This document shows positions 11,014-23,255 of a stretch of DNA of 34,955 nt, piece after piece. This stretch comes from Diploschistes diacapsis (taxonomy: Eukaryota): positions 1-34,955 of the forward strand of contig JALAIB010000081.1 in the NCBI GenBank assembly GCA_023645945.1, given 5' to 3'. Numbering within the stretch: position 1 is the stretch's first letter; every line of letters begins with the position of its first letter. The notes beneath the pieces are model-generated. The model was not told the DNA's origin and searched no databases. It was given only the letters and a program-made list of their open reading frames with translations. The position numbers and the translations under genes were made by a program.

Positions 11014-12028
11014 AAAGGGTTTTTGTTTCTCTTGTTTGTTTGTTTGGTTGGGGGCCACATACTTACTTACACTACCTACCCCGGAGGAGGGCCTACGAGT
11101 GTGCTTTACTTACTGCTTGTGCAATGGTGCTTTCGGTGGGGATGGGGTCTGCATTTGATTCCTGAAGCTTGAGGCTTGAGGCTTGCATGGCCTGGGACTG
11201 GGAGCCCGCGTGCAGCTTTGGCAGCTTTGGGTCGAGCTTTCTCGATAGATAGGCGTATTTAGTTCCGCCGATGCCTTGGCTTGGCGGAGGCTTCAGCCGG
11301 TGAGGAGCGAACCGTGGCTGTGATTGTGGTTATGGTTGTGCCCAGGGAGCTGTGTGAGCGAATGGGATATGGCGTTTTGGCTTTTGGCCGGGGGGGGGGG
11401 AATTGACTGTTGGATGCAAACGAGGGATGCGGGTACTGGCTGCTTTGTGGTGCGTTGTGTTTGTGCGATACATACCCCCCCTATGCAAATGTATGATTTG
11501 ATGGATGGAAGTTTTGATGTGTGATAACAATGCTATTCAGTATCGCATGATTGTTATTATCATTGTCATTGCCATCACGGGCGAGATATGTTAACAAGTG
11601 ATGAATGACGTACAAAACCGTCTGGAAACAAGAGTACATCACATATCCCGTCCCCTGGACCGTCTCCACAGTCCACACCCTAAAAAAACCTTCTTATCGT
11701 CACTTTTCCAATGCCGGAAGAAGAGTAACGGACCGACGAGACGAAGAGCAAACGGCACTGGCGCTGGACCATCTGATGTATAGAATAGTCATTCATTCGT
11801 AGCTCATCACGGTAGCGATGTTCTAGACCTACCAAGGGCCGAGAAACTAACTAACGATTAGGTATCGAGCACCATATTCCCCCATCCTGTCGGCTCCAAC
11901 TCGAACTCCTGTTTCCCGATCCAGTCGCCATAGCCTAGCAAATACACTGGTCCACCCCTCTCCAAAACCTCATCCCCTTATTCGTCGCCTCCTCTAACCC
12001 CCCGTTCCCTACCGACACGCCCTCCTCT

Positions 12029-13131
12029 TTAGTCACTGCCCTTCTTCTCCTCCAAACTCTTCCTCCTACTCTCCCTCCTATTCCTGCTCTTTCTCTCGCC
12101 CTCACTCTCCTCCGCCTCATTATCCGGCAACTCCCACCCCCTGAACCCCGGCATCTCGCTGACCACCACGCCACCAGCCCCTCCCATCGCCGGATGTGTC
12201 TGATCGCCCAACTCCATCGTCTGCCCCTTCGCCGGCGAGGCGATGATGGGCGCGCCGTGTGCGCCGTGTCTCACATCGCCATGGCTATCGCTATGGCTAT
12301 CGCAGTAGGCGCATTTGTCCGGGTGGTACGCGTGCGGCTTGTCTGGTAGCTGCGGGCGGGCTTCCTGGCTGTGGCGATTCCGGCGGAAGAAGAAGATGGC
12401 TAGGCCGAGGAGGAGCAGGAAGAGCAGAACGGCGAGGGTGGCGAGGCCGGCGATTAGGGGCGTATTGGTCGAGGCGCTGGATGCGGAGGCCGGAGGGGCT
12501 GAGCTCGAGCTCGAGGTGCTGCCTCCGAAGGTGGCGGCTGGGATTACGGTGACGGCTGCTTGCGTTGTTGTGCTGGATGCCGAGCTGGAGGTAGAGGAGG
12601 AGGCGGTATTGGCGAGGTTCCACGTTACGGGCTGCAGGGAGCGGTCGTTGCGGATCTCGAAGGAGCCGCTGACGGAGAAGGGGGCACCGACGTTCAGGAG
12701 CGGGCCTTGCTGGAGGACGAAGTTGGAATTGTTGTACGCATTGCTGTAGTCCAGGGGGACGACGATAGAGGTCAGGGATACGACGGATTTGTTAAAGACT
12801 GCGGGTGATGTTAGTGGAGGATGGTTTAAAGGTAGCGGCGGAGTGTTTGAAGCAACGGGATCGGTGGTAAGGTGAAACGGGGGAGGAAAGGGAGTGTACC
12901 TAGCTCCTGGGGCGTGCCCACCCAGAGCATCAAGTATGGATTGGTGAAGTTATTCGCTTCCCAGGTCACGTTGAGCGAGTCGAGAGAGTTGTAAGACGCT
13001 TTCGAGCCACTGGCGGGGAAAGTGAAAGCTTCCAAGCCGGCGCTTTGGGCTAAGACTACCTCGACGAAGGGAAAGGTGAGGAGAAAGAGCCCGTCAAAGT
13101 ACCGGAAGCCGAACGAGAAGTGCTTCATCAT
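12029..13131 (-). CDS. Single-pass type-I membrane protein (signal peptide, beta-rich ectodomain, Ser/Thr stalk, TM, cytoplasmic tail; Mid2/Wsc-like architecture), paralog A
   Basis: Exons 13131-12900 and 12798-12029; intron has GTACAC, CTAAC, CAG and keeps the frame. TM segment LIAGLATLAVLLFLLLLGLAIFFF is followed by RR. Confidence 0.85.
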
Positions 13132-13863
13132 AGCAGGACGCTGCTTAACAGGTTTGTGAGATCGAGATGCTTCAATCGACAATATCGCAGTCAAGTATCC
13201 GTAAAAATGCAGGTCGAAAAACCCAATCCGGCTTGACAAGGCAGCCTTTCGACTATATAGGGCCGATAAGCAGCATCTTGCGAATTTTGTACAGCCTTGT
13301 GGCTTCGGGATAACCCAGTCTTACTGACAGCCTTGTTTATCCGTGTTTCAGAGGCAGGCCAAAAACGGCAGCGGTTATTAAAATCCGAGAGAGTAGTATC
13401 GTGTCGAAGAACGTTACAAGGCTTTGACATGCAGCGCACTTACGAGAGACGAATTGTTGCAAATTTGGCTATTAATCTTGACAAGCCGCAGCAGCCTCGT
13501 CGATCACTGCTCAGCCATCCAGAAAACCACGCAGCATAAGACATCACAGATGCTCTGTACAGAGTACTCTGTAGAGTTGCTGTCAGCGTAGGAGACAAAG
13601 GCTGAGGATCGCAATTACCTAGACTGCTGATACGGATCAATAAATTTCCCACATTAGTAGATATATGAGCATTGATACCTAATGACAAGCGTCTTAAAGG
13701 TGTGTAAATCTACCCCATCTAGCTCCCCCCCCCCCTGCATTGTCGACCTGGCTAACCCAAGCCTAGCTGCCGAGCGTCGAGAGTAGACTAGCCGCTTTAG
13801 TTAGGCCAGGTTGTCAAACCTGGAGTGAAGAATATTCGGAGTCGAGTAGATATGTATTCATTA

Positions 13864-15239
13864 TCATAACCAAACTCCCATCTCGTTCTCCTTCTCCTTC
13901 TCGTCACCGTCCCCCTCCCCTACATTTTCCAATCTAAACCCTCCTCCTTCATATTCCCCCAACACGCCACTACTCCTCCTCGTCGGACTCAAAGTCCCGG
14001 CCTTTACCGTGCTCGTCCTCGACGGTAACTCATACCCCAGAAACGCATAGATTTCCTGGCCTCCTACCGCGCCGCCCAACTCCTGCCCTGACCTAGCCTG
14101 TTGCTCGCTCACCCCACCTACCGGCTCCGCATCCGCGTACCAATTTCTCGTATACACCGAGCTCGCCATGCGCTTGCCTCGCGAGGCTTCGCTCCCGCTT
14201 CTGGCCGCTGCTGCGGGAGACGGGGGATACTGACGCGCTTTGTCATAGCGATAGCAGGGCGTCAATGGGACGTCCTTTTCGAGTGCTCGGGTCGAAGGTA
14301 AAGGTGGTATATCGCACAGCTTGTTATCATGAGAGGATCTGAGGAAGGATTTAGGAGTCGGAGGAAAGAAGCTAGTTAGGCTGCTATCAGCTTGTTGTGA
14401 GGCTCGTTTGGAGTAGGTGCGCCGCCGTCGACGACGGAAGCAGAGGATCGTAGCCAGGGCGAGGAGGAAGACGAGGAAGGACGACACGGTCGCTACGGCG
14501 GCGATAAGGGTTTTACTTGACGAAGTATGCGTGTTTGCGGTGTCGGAAATGCCCGCCGGCTGAGGGCTGTTGGTCGAAGTAGCACTGCCTGGAATGGGTG
14601 CTGTCACGGTAAGAGGAATCGGCCCGTTCTGGCTTGGCACAACGGTGGCCGCCGCGCCACTGATGACCGAAGAGGTCATCTTCCCATCACTGCCCACCCC
14701 CCATACTACAGACTTCGCTGACCGATCGTTGTTGATCTCAAAATATCCGCTGAAAAAGTAAGGGCCGACGGCGCCTCGTTCGTCGTTCTCCTGGATTATA
14801 AGCCTACCGTTGTTGAGGGACATGCCGAAATCGAGAGCTATTAACGAGGAACCGTTCATATGCCCGGAGTGGCTGGAGAGGCTGACTTCACGGAGAATCA
14901 GCACAGATGAAAATAAACCGAACGCAGCATTGCAACGACCAAGGCCTGAGATGCAGAATGGGCCCTCGCGGTCATGACGGTCTTACCTGTGCCAGGGCCC
15001 GGAATGACCGTGCCGTTGTTGCCGTAGAGTGTGAGCACGGCAATAGTAAAGTCACTGGGTGCTGATGTCCATGTTACATTTAGGGAGTCTAGGGAGTTGA
15101 AGGTGCCGTTTGTTGGAGAATTTGCTGGGGGAAAGATAAAAGTTCCGGGCATGTCGGCCTGAGAGAGCACAAGCTGGGGGAGGAGAATACAGAATGAAAA
15201 GAATTTGTGGCTGGGATATAGGCTTGCAAAAGACATCAT
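13864..15239 (-). CDS. Single-pass type-I membrane protein, paralog B
   Basis: Exons 15239-14987 and 14885-13864; intron has GTAAGA, GCTGAT, AAG. Shares NSLDSLNVTW and SG.FEI.NDRS with paralog A. TM segment LIAAVATVSSFLVFLLALATILCF is followed by RRRRRR. Confidence 0.85.
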
Positions 15240-16854
15240 TGAGGCCAAGAAGAAAAGAGCTTCCAGATCGAGAAACTAGAACATTGAACAAAAAGCCTTG
15301 TAGAGCACCACAGAGGAATCAAAAAGAGGTGCAGTTTCCGTGCACAAAAATTAAACATGAGGGTGGAAGTCTCTAGGACAGCTACAGAGCAAGACGGAGA
15401 AGCAAAGGAACCTCAAAGGGTCCATTCGAGTGGTCTGCTATATGAAGCCAGAGCGGTCCGTGTCCAGAGTGCATGTAGGTATACAATCATCATGCACGGA
15501 TCTTATCCCCATTCACCGTATCTCTGGCACACGGTATTGAGGCAGAGCGTTGTTATCGAGGGATGATTGATCCGTGCCACTGACATACCCGCCCACGTTG
15601 TTCAAATGCCGTGATTTGGGGTAAGTACAAGGTTTTCCAAGATGCACTGAGCCATTGCCGATTAAGATGCTTCAGAGGCACCAGGTGCGCCCCCCGCGTA
15701 TAGAGTGCTTGCTATCTAGTTTAGTGTATGTTAATCACATCATAACTAGAATGCATGTCTTAGAAACATGGCTGTAAATCATAAAAGTCAAAAAGAAATT
15801 TCTCTAATAGTTGTATAGTTAGACTGAATGTTTATATATAAAAGAGCAACAGTACCGTTTATTGGGTGGGCCGCACCTGATGCGTCCGAAGCATCTTGAT
15901 GCTGATGGAAAAGAACACATGAACGTCGTCGCTACAGAAGTCAGGATTTTGCGAGGTGTCTGCACGGCCTGTATTCGACCATCCTTTAGACATGGCCCTA
16001 CCGTACATAGCGAGGATGAAAAGAGTTATCGCAAGCACCGATTGGGGCGCAACAGGATCTGGGGCGCAGGCATTTTACCTTTTGCATGAGTCTGGTGCAT
16101 CAAAGTTGAACTTAATGTGCAGTTGGTCTATGGCCGGAACAAGATTTTATGCTGTCGAAGATAGTCGAGGGTGGCGTAGAGGCCACTTGGCTGCATCGGG
16201 AAAGGCCGTTGTTCAACCGAACCATGCACTGTTGCATTGGACTTTCATCTGTGGAGTATAGAAATCGCAGGTAGAATAGCATCTGTGACGAAAACTACTA
16301 GTATAGTAGGTTCAAACAGCGACGGCTTCTGGTCGTGTTAGTTCGCCTCAAACCGCATAGATATTTGGAAAGCCGAAACAGGCCTGACAGAGCAAAATGC
16401 AAAGGGAAGGAAAGGCATGGGGGAGTTTCAATAGCAGTAAACCTGTATTCAATCTAACACCTAAACAACACCAGAGCAGGCCAAGAAACCTCTTCAAACT
16501 AATCAAAGAACGGGCCCAGACCGTCCATCAGTAAGTTCCGAGTCCCAAGGCATTGAGATCATGACCATGACGAGAGTGAACAAGGCGTGACCCACATAAT
16601 TTTTTTGAACAAGAAACGGTTTCTTGACAGTAGCATGCACGCCAGAGCCTTTGCCAGCCTAACCACGTTTGACAGTTTTGCTCGAGGTTGGGTTGGGAAA
16701 GACCGCTTGATAATGTACTTGTAGACAATGTTACCGTACCTACGCCGCATCGCAGCCCATGAAAGAATTCACATGCAGCAGAGAAGCGCCAGAGACTAGC
16801 AGTACTTATCACGAACTTGCTCCACTGTCGCTACCGATCTCTTTGTCCCCACGC

Positions 16855-17540
<686 letters not shown>

Positions 17541-17585
17541 CTATGGAAGATATGCGCAAGTGGAATATGAGGCTACGAATGGGCC

Positions 17586-17760
17586 CTAGAGCACACTCTG
17601 TGTTAGCGACAGTCTGGCAATCGTAGTGGGTTGTAGGATTATAATCGAAAACTGTACTCCAGGCCTTCTCACTTCGTGACGGAAGTTCACAGCAGGTGCC
17701 GACTTCTCTTTGTGCACGATTGTATCTATGATTCAAGGCGATGGGTGAAGCTATACATAC
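17586..17760 (-). other. Probable 5'-UTR intron of ARF1
   Basis: Minus-strand GTATGT donor at 17760, GCTAAC branch at 17607-17602 and TAG acceptor ending at 17586, about 60 nt upstream of the ATG. Confidence 0.65.
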
Positions 17761-17891
17761 CGGGACGATTGCTACAGGACCTAGCAAGAGAATGGGTCGA
17801 TTCAGAGATCGAAGGGCGAGCTGAGTTTGTTGTTGAGGCTGATGCGGATTAAACGCTTGATACTAGTAAAAGAAGACACTTTTTTAGCTCC

Positions 17892-17899
17892 TCACGTGA
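17892..17899. promoter_or_regulatory. E-box (TCACGTGA, Cbf1-type bHLH site) in the ARF1 promoter
   Basis: Palindromic motif just upstream of the likely transcription start; motif match only. Confidence 0.35.
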
Positions 17900-18365
17900 T
17901 CCGGCCTGTTGGCACACAGCTTGGAAGTAATTGAAGATGCAACTCCAGGATGAATACAGAATAAGCTCAACACCAAGGTGATATCCGAGCAAAAAAACAG
18001 GTATGTTTTATCTACAGAGCATTGCTACCTATTGAATCTTTTATAAAGCCTGATGCATCCATCTGGCCACGTTACATCATCGCCGACCGTTCAGACCTAC
18101 AAGGCAGCCATAACAAAACCTGATCACTTGCGCTTGTACCGTCGGCAGTGTTGACCTCGAGTATGGTGCCTGGTCTTGCCTTTATAATATGGCCACTAAC
18201 TATCAACTATTCCAATTCAGATGAGGAAGATTGCAACAGCTGCGCAACAGCAATTTTGCGGTGCGTCCTCATGCCAGTAATTCGAGAAAGAGTACCGAGA
18301 AATACTCTTATCAAACTTGTCTTCAATTAGTTAGTACTCGACATGTAGAACTGAGCCGTGGTTCA

Positions 18366-20386
18366 TCAGGCCTTTTTCTTATTTGCACGTTTCCCGGTGA
18401 AAGCTCTCCAGGTTTCGACCGCTGTACGAGTTAAGGATTGATAGATTGGCCCACTTTCTCTTGTATCGCTCAGATAGCCAAAGGCGACGAGACCAAGGAC
18501 CGATATGAAGAAAATCACTGCAAACCAGATCCAGAATTGTGTAGTTGTGAATGCTTGATTTGTGAAGTTGATGCCAAAGTACGCTGCCAAGACGCTCACT
18601 GGTATGAACAGTATGGTGATCTTCGCAAGCAGAATGGTGATGCGGGTCAGACTCTCGACGTATGATCCCTCCTTGATAGCAACCAAATTAAAGTTCTAGA
18701 AGAACGAGTCATTCGGCCGTTTGTAGCGATGCTGAAGGCGTTCTTACCATTGACATCAACGAGTCTTTCTCAGCCAGACATGACCTGATTTCACTAAGAG
18801 CATAGAGAGCAATCCTGTCCTTTAGTCTTTCAAAGCGGAGCGCTGCTGCAGCAGAGATCGGAACACCGTAGCCTTCCGCTTGTAGCTTCTTCTGTTCCAG
18901 AACGCTCGAGGTTTCGCGGCTAGAGTCTGTTGCGCTCATGCTACTGCGGCCCATTTGCATCGATGGTGCGTTTAGCTGCTGTGACCTATTCATGATCCGC
19001 TCGATAATAAGATTGTAGCCTTCATATACTCGGTTGAGTACCCCAAGTTGGTGACCTAATGAATGGAGGTTGTGAACATGGCTCAGCTGCGCGGATTTAA
19101 ACATTTCCTCTCTCTGCCTTTGTTAGTATGTCTTCGACCTACCTCTGGGCCACTTACAATAGTGTTCAGCTGCCTCCGATACTCATGGTCGCTCTTAGCC
19201 ACCAAGCTATAGCTTGTATACCAATCATCAAAAAGATAATAAAGGAGAAGACTGGGTGAATCGGCCTCGTGGACTTGGTTTTCGGCCATACTGGACTTTC
19301 TTCCGGCACGGACCTGTACGGTCATTATAGGATTCAAAGGCTGGTCTTTATCAGTCACCATTGAAAGTTGAGCGAAGACGTTTAGCAAATTCTGTCGAAT
19401 AGAGTTCAGTTCATACTGCTGATGTTCGTTAAGAGTATCGCAGTAGGGGAACGGGTTTTCATTGATTGAAATAAGAGTACCTCGCAAAGTAAGCGATGCG
19501 TTAAAGGCTCCTCTTGAAACATTGCCTACCATCATGGCAAAGAACGAGCCAGGACCAGATTCTTCGGCCTTCTGGCCTGCCATGTTGCCGTTCCGCGCTT
19601 TCGAGATCGATGCGGGGCTTTGTTCCATACAGCTGGTTGAAGCCGATCGAAGCGTCTGGTGCAGTCTTAGCAGTATACGAAATAGCAAAGAAGACTAGAA
19701 CTGACACTTGTGGCCCCAGTCTACAGAAATGAAATGCCAGATCTCATTGACGACACGATAGTGATTAAGGTCAAGAGTTCGGCGGCTGTGCTCGTGCTCG
19801 CCAGCTTTCTCATTGCCCTCGACATCCGAGTCCTTTGATTGCTGAGTCTGGGATCTGCCGTATGCCTGCCAGGTCCGGGGATGCAAAACCTTTCTTACAT
19901 GACTGGTTCGTGCGAGTGGATCGATTGCGGGCTCAGCTCTGAGTGGGTCGCAGCACATGGATAAAGCCAAGCGAGTAGAAAGGCCATAGTGACCTGCCAA
20001 TAGCTGTACACTATAAGTCGAGCCTGTGAGCAAGTGGAACTCCTTCACCTTGATGATATCTTTCTGCTCTTCTGGGCGCCAGATGTTTCTTCGAGAGGTT
20101 AGGGTTTGTCAATCGAGCTCTGAAGCGCCCTCGGCACTTACATCCAGCGGGTACCAAGGGAGCTTTGAGCAAGGTTATGATCACCTTGTCTTTGTTCTCT
20201 GTCGGCTAAAGCCAACTGAAGCGCGCTCTTGTCAAGGTCGAAAGCACAGGATGCCTTGCTAGCGGTGAAATCGATAACAAAGTTTAAAGACCGATGAGAT
20301 GCGGCTAACCGCTGCAGCTCATTAAACACTACTGGATCATCAAAGTTTTGAAAGGACATGGAGGCTCGCTGATTAGAGTAGGCCAT
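18366..20386 (-). CDS. CorA/ZntB-like divalent-cation transporter family protein, about 575 aa
   Basis: Seven exons (20386-20142, 20088-20049, 20003-19706, 19655-19530, 19480-19158, 19113-18748, 18695-18366) with consistent phases. Contains a TRWINIW motif, a long helical stalk and two C-terminal TM helices around T.LF.P.S.LAAYFGIN. Confidence 0.8.
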
Positions 20387-21139
20387 TCGGATTATGGCGC
20401 TGATTGAAAGATATGCGCATGTTGAAACTCTTGAGATCGCTTGCTACTATAAAATATATTATATATAATAAGAGGAAAAGAAGTTATCTAAGGAACAAAA
20501 GGAAACAGAGCGCTAGAGATCAGCCCCTAACATCACGCGTATCACGGCGCTGTGTTGAATTCAGTTGCAATGCGAATACTTTGTGTTGCCCTTGGTCGGT
20601 GGGACTTACAATGGGTGAAACCACCTGCAGCCATCACCCGCTTACAATCCAGACACTCCCAGCTACCGAGCATTTGGAACGATGAACACGAGTTGCAGGT
20701 GATCACCAAACGTTACAGAGCATTCTGACTATTTTCTTTGGCGTCTACTCTATATGCGTTTTCGGCAACATATGAGCAGGAGATCACCTTCCTAGCCGCA
20801 CGATGGGCGCATAGGCTTCAATTACATCCAAACAGACCAGCAGAGATTGAGATTATATTATTGTCGATCGTACTAAAAGGCAGTTGTCAAGCTTGTGGAT
20901 TAAAGATTATGAAGGGAAAACGAAAAAGTGCAAGAAACACGTGCAGCGTTTGAACGGATCCCCATTGGACAATATGCGAGCCAATCATTCGCTCCCACTG
21001 CACCCTCTGCACCCTCACGAAACCCACAATGTTGTGTGCCCGGTGTAAAATCCAACACCGTCGAACTCAAGCACTCAACTGCCACGCAAATTCCTCACCA
21101 AAAGAATTCTAACTGTTCTTTTGGAAGACTGTCCATATC

Positions 21140-22430
21140 ATGTCGAAAATCACGTAAGCACAATATTCATTGCAGCCTCTACCACCAGCCGATAGGCTTT
21201 CACTCTAGAAAACCGATCTCAATTTCGACATCATACAAGGAGAGACTGACGATATTCCAGAGTCGCCGGAGTACGGACCAACGTGCAGGAGCTCTTGAAG
21301 TATTCCACCGAAGAGAAAAAGAGAAAATTTCTCGAGACTGTCGAGTATGTTACTGGCCTGGGGATGCGATGTCCTGCGCACTGCTGTGGGAGCGTCATCT
21401 TAGAACAATGCTCACTGGATTGAAGATTGCAGATTGGGCTGAAAAACTATGACCGTAAGCCATTCCGATCTATGAAGATCAAGAAACCCAGGCTAAGACT
21501 GTGCAGCGTACGGTATCTTTCTGTGAAGCATCAAAGACACAAATATTGACAGCCACCAGTCAGCGTGACAAGCGTTTCTCCGGCACTGTGAAGCTACCAA
21601 CCGTCCCCCGTCCAAGAATGAGCATATGGTATGGAACATCCTTAAGCGACTTGGTTGATGAGCAAAGTGCGGATCAGGGACTGAGTGTTCGCAGCATTCT
21701 TGGTGACCAGCACGATATCGATAGGGCCAAGCACGTTGGTGTAGATGCCATGTCCAGTGAAGATCTGAAGAAACTCAACAAAAATAAAAAGGTCTTCGAA
21801 TACTCTACAAACTGTGGTTTTGCAGCTAATTCATCTTAAAGCTCATCAAGAAGCTTGCCCGCAAGTAGTTGTTTCGTACATTGGGGCTATTTAACGATTG
21901 CTAAGAGAGAATTTAGATACGATGCCTTTGTTGCCTCCGATTCGTTGATTAAGCAGATTCCACGACTCTTAGGTCCAGGTCTATCCAAAGGTCAGGTCCC
22001 TGGACTGTTGCTAAAGATGATCCTGATGTTGAGATAGCTGGCAAATTTCCAACTCCAATATCTCATGCGGAGGATTTAAACGGCAAGATTACTGAGGTAA
22101 AGAGCACGATCAAGTTCCAACTAAAGAAGGTGCTTTGCCTTGCGGTTGCAGTCGGAAGTATGTCTCCATCCTTCCTTGCAACATCAGATCGCGAACAGTC
22201 ATGTCTTATGAAAGAGCATCTGGGCCGATGTTGCGCGATCATATGGGTCATTTTTGCTTTTCTACCACAACCACTAACATGACTTAGATATTGAGATGTC
22301 TGAAGACGAGTTGATCTCGAACATCATGCTTGCGATCAACTATCTCGTCAGTTTGCTGAAGAAGGGCTGGCAGAACGTGGGCTCCTTGACTATCAAGGCG
22401 ACAATGAGTCCACCGAAACGTCTGTATTAG
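21140..22430 (+). CDS. RPL1: 60S ribosomal protein uL1 (L1/L10a), 217 aa, 10 exons including a 1-nt exon
   Basis: Exons 21140-21153, 21261-21344, 21426-21454, 21507, 21560-21628, 21695-21791, 21842-21864, 21917-21990, 22038-22157 and 22288-22430 total 654 nt. Protein: MSKIT...[24 protein letters not shown]...LGPGLSKAGKFPTP...[23 protein letters not shown]. Confidence 0.97.
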
Positions 22431-23227
22431 GTGCAACTATGAGTCAGAAACTTCAGGTTCTTGACATGAAATAGGCCTTGTGTCGTAGAATCAAATAAGT
22501 ATTACAAAAATCCAGAATGAAGTACCAATTAAGCTTCATTTATGGCAATGACGTGGTGATAACAAGTAGCTGCTCTTGCCATGCCAATAGAGGGTGATTT
22601 ACGGCTTGATCGTATAGATGTAGAGACCGCTATGGCAATCCGACCACACCACATAGTAGTAGGCAGTAATCCACTGACAGCCTTACCTACTCTAATCTCA
22701 TGCCGTAACCCTCCGTAGCAGCTTTGGCTATATGTTTTTGAAGAAGCAGCACAAATCCAGCGAAGCACTGCCTCGATCTTCCAAAGCTCCACAATAGAAT
22801 GCCCTCAACCCATCCCAAACAAACGATGGTGTGTATAGCATGTAGCATCCACTCCACAACCCCCGCCCACGAAAAAAAACCCAAAGGGCTCCGGACGACG
22901 CTTGTATTGGAAAAAGCGGACGCAGAAAATCTTCACTCAAGGGGGCCGGGAACGGAAGAAAACCCACGTCAAGCTGACAATACCCCATCTGACAAAAGAA
23001 AGGTAGAGCTCAAAAGGGCGATCCTCAGCAAGCCGCCGTAGCGGAGCCCCCATGGTTTTTAGGTAGATTTTACTACTGATGATGAAGAAGAAAAGAAAAA
23101 GGAAAAGGATGGGATGTTTTTTTCAGTGTGGAATTTGTAGTGCCGGTGGTAGGGCTGGGAGAGGGCTTGCTTTGGCGTGGGGTGTTTTGGTGGTGGGTGG
23201 CGCCCGAGGTGGGCCGGATTGGCCGCC

Positions 23228-23255
23228 AGGGGCCAGGGGTTAGGGGCCTAGGGGG
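23228..23255 (+). promoter_or_regulatory. Cluster of four STRE (AGGGG) motifs, also a putative G-quadruplex
   Basis: AGGGGCCAGGGGTTAGGGGCCTAGGGGG, about 440 bp upstream of the hydrolase ATG. Confidence 0.5.

Noticed and set aside
11390..13735. G11 (11390-11400) and C11 (13725-13735) flanking paralog A as element termini
   Set aside because: Complementarity does not extend beyond the homopolymers and there is no target duplication.
20998..21016. CTGCACCCT x2 upstream of RPL1 as a Homol-E-like ribosomal protein promoter element
   Set aside because: Only partial similarity; cannot be supported without comparing other ribosomal protein promoters.
23236..23246. Interstitial telomere repeat (GGGGTTAGGGG)
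   Set aside because: Only one TTAGGG unit; better explained as part of the STRE/G4 cluster.
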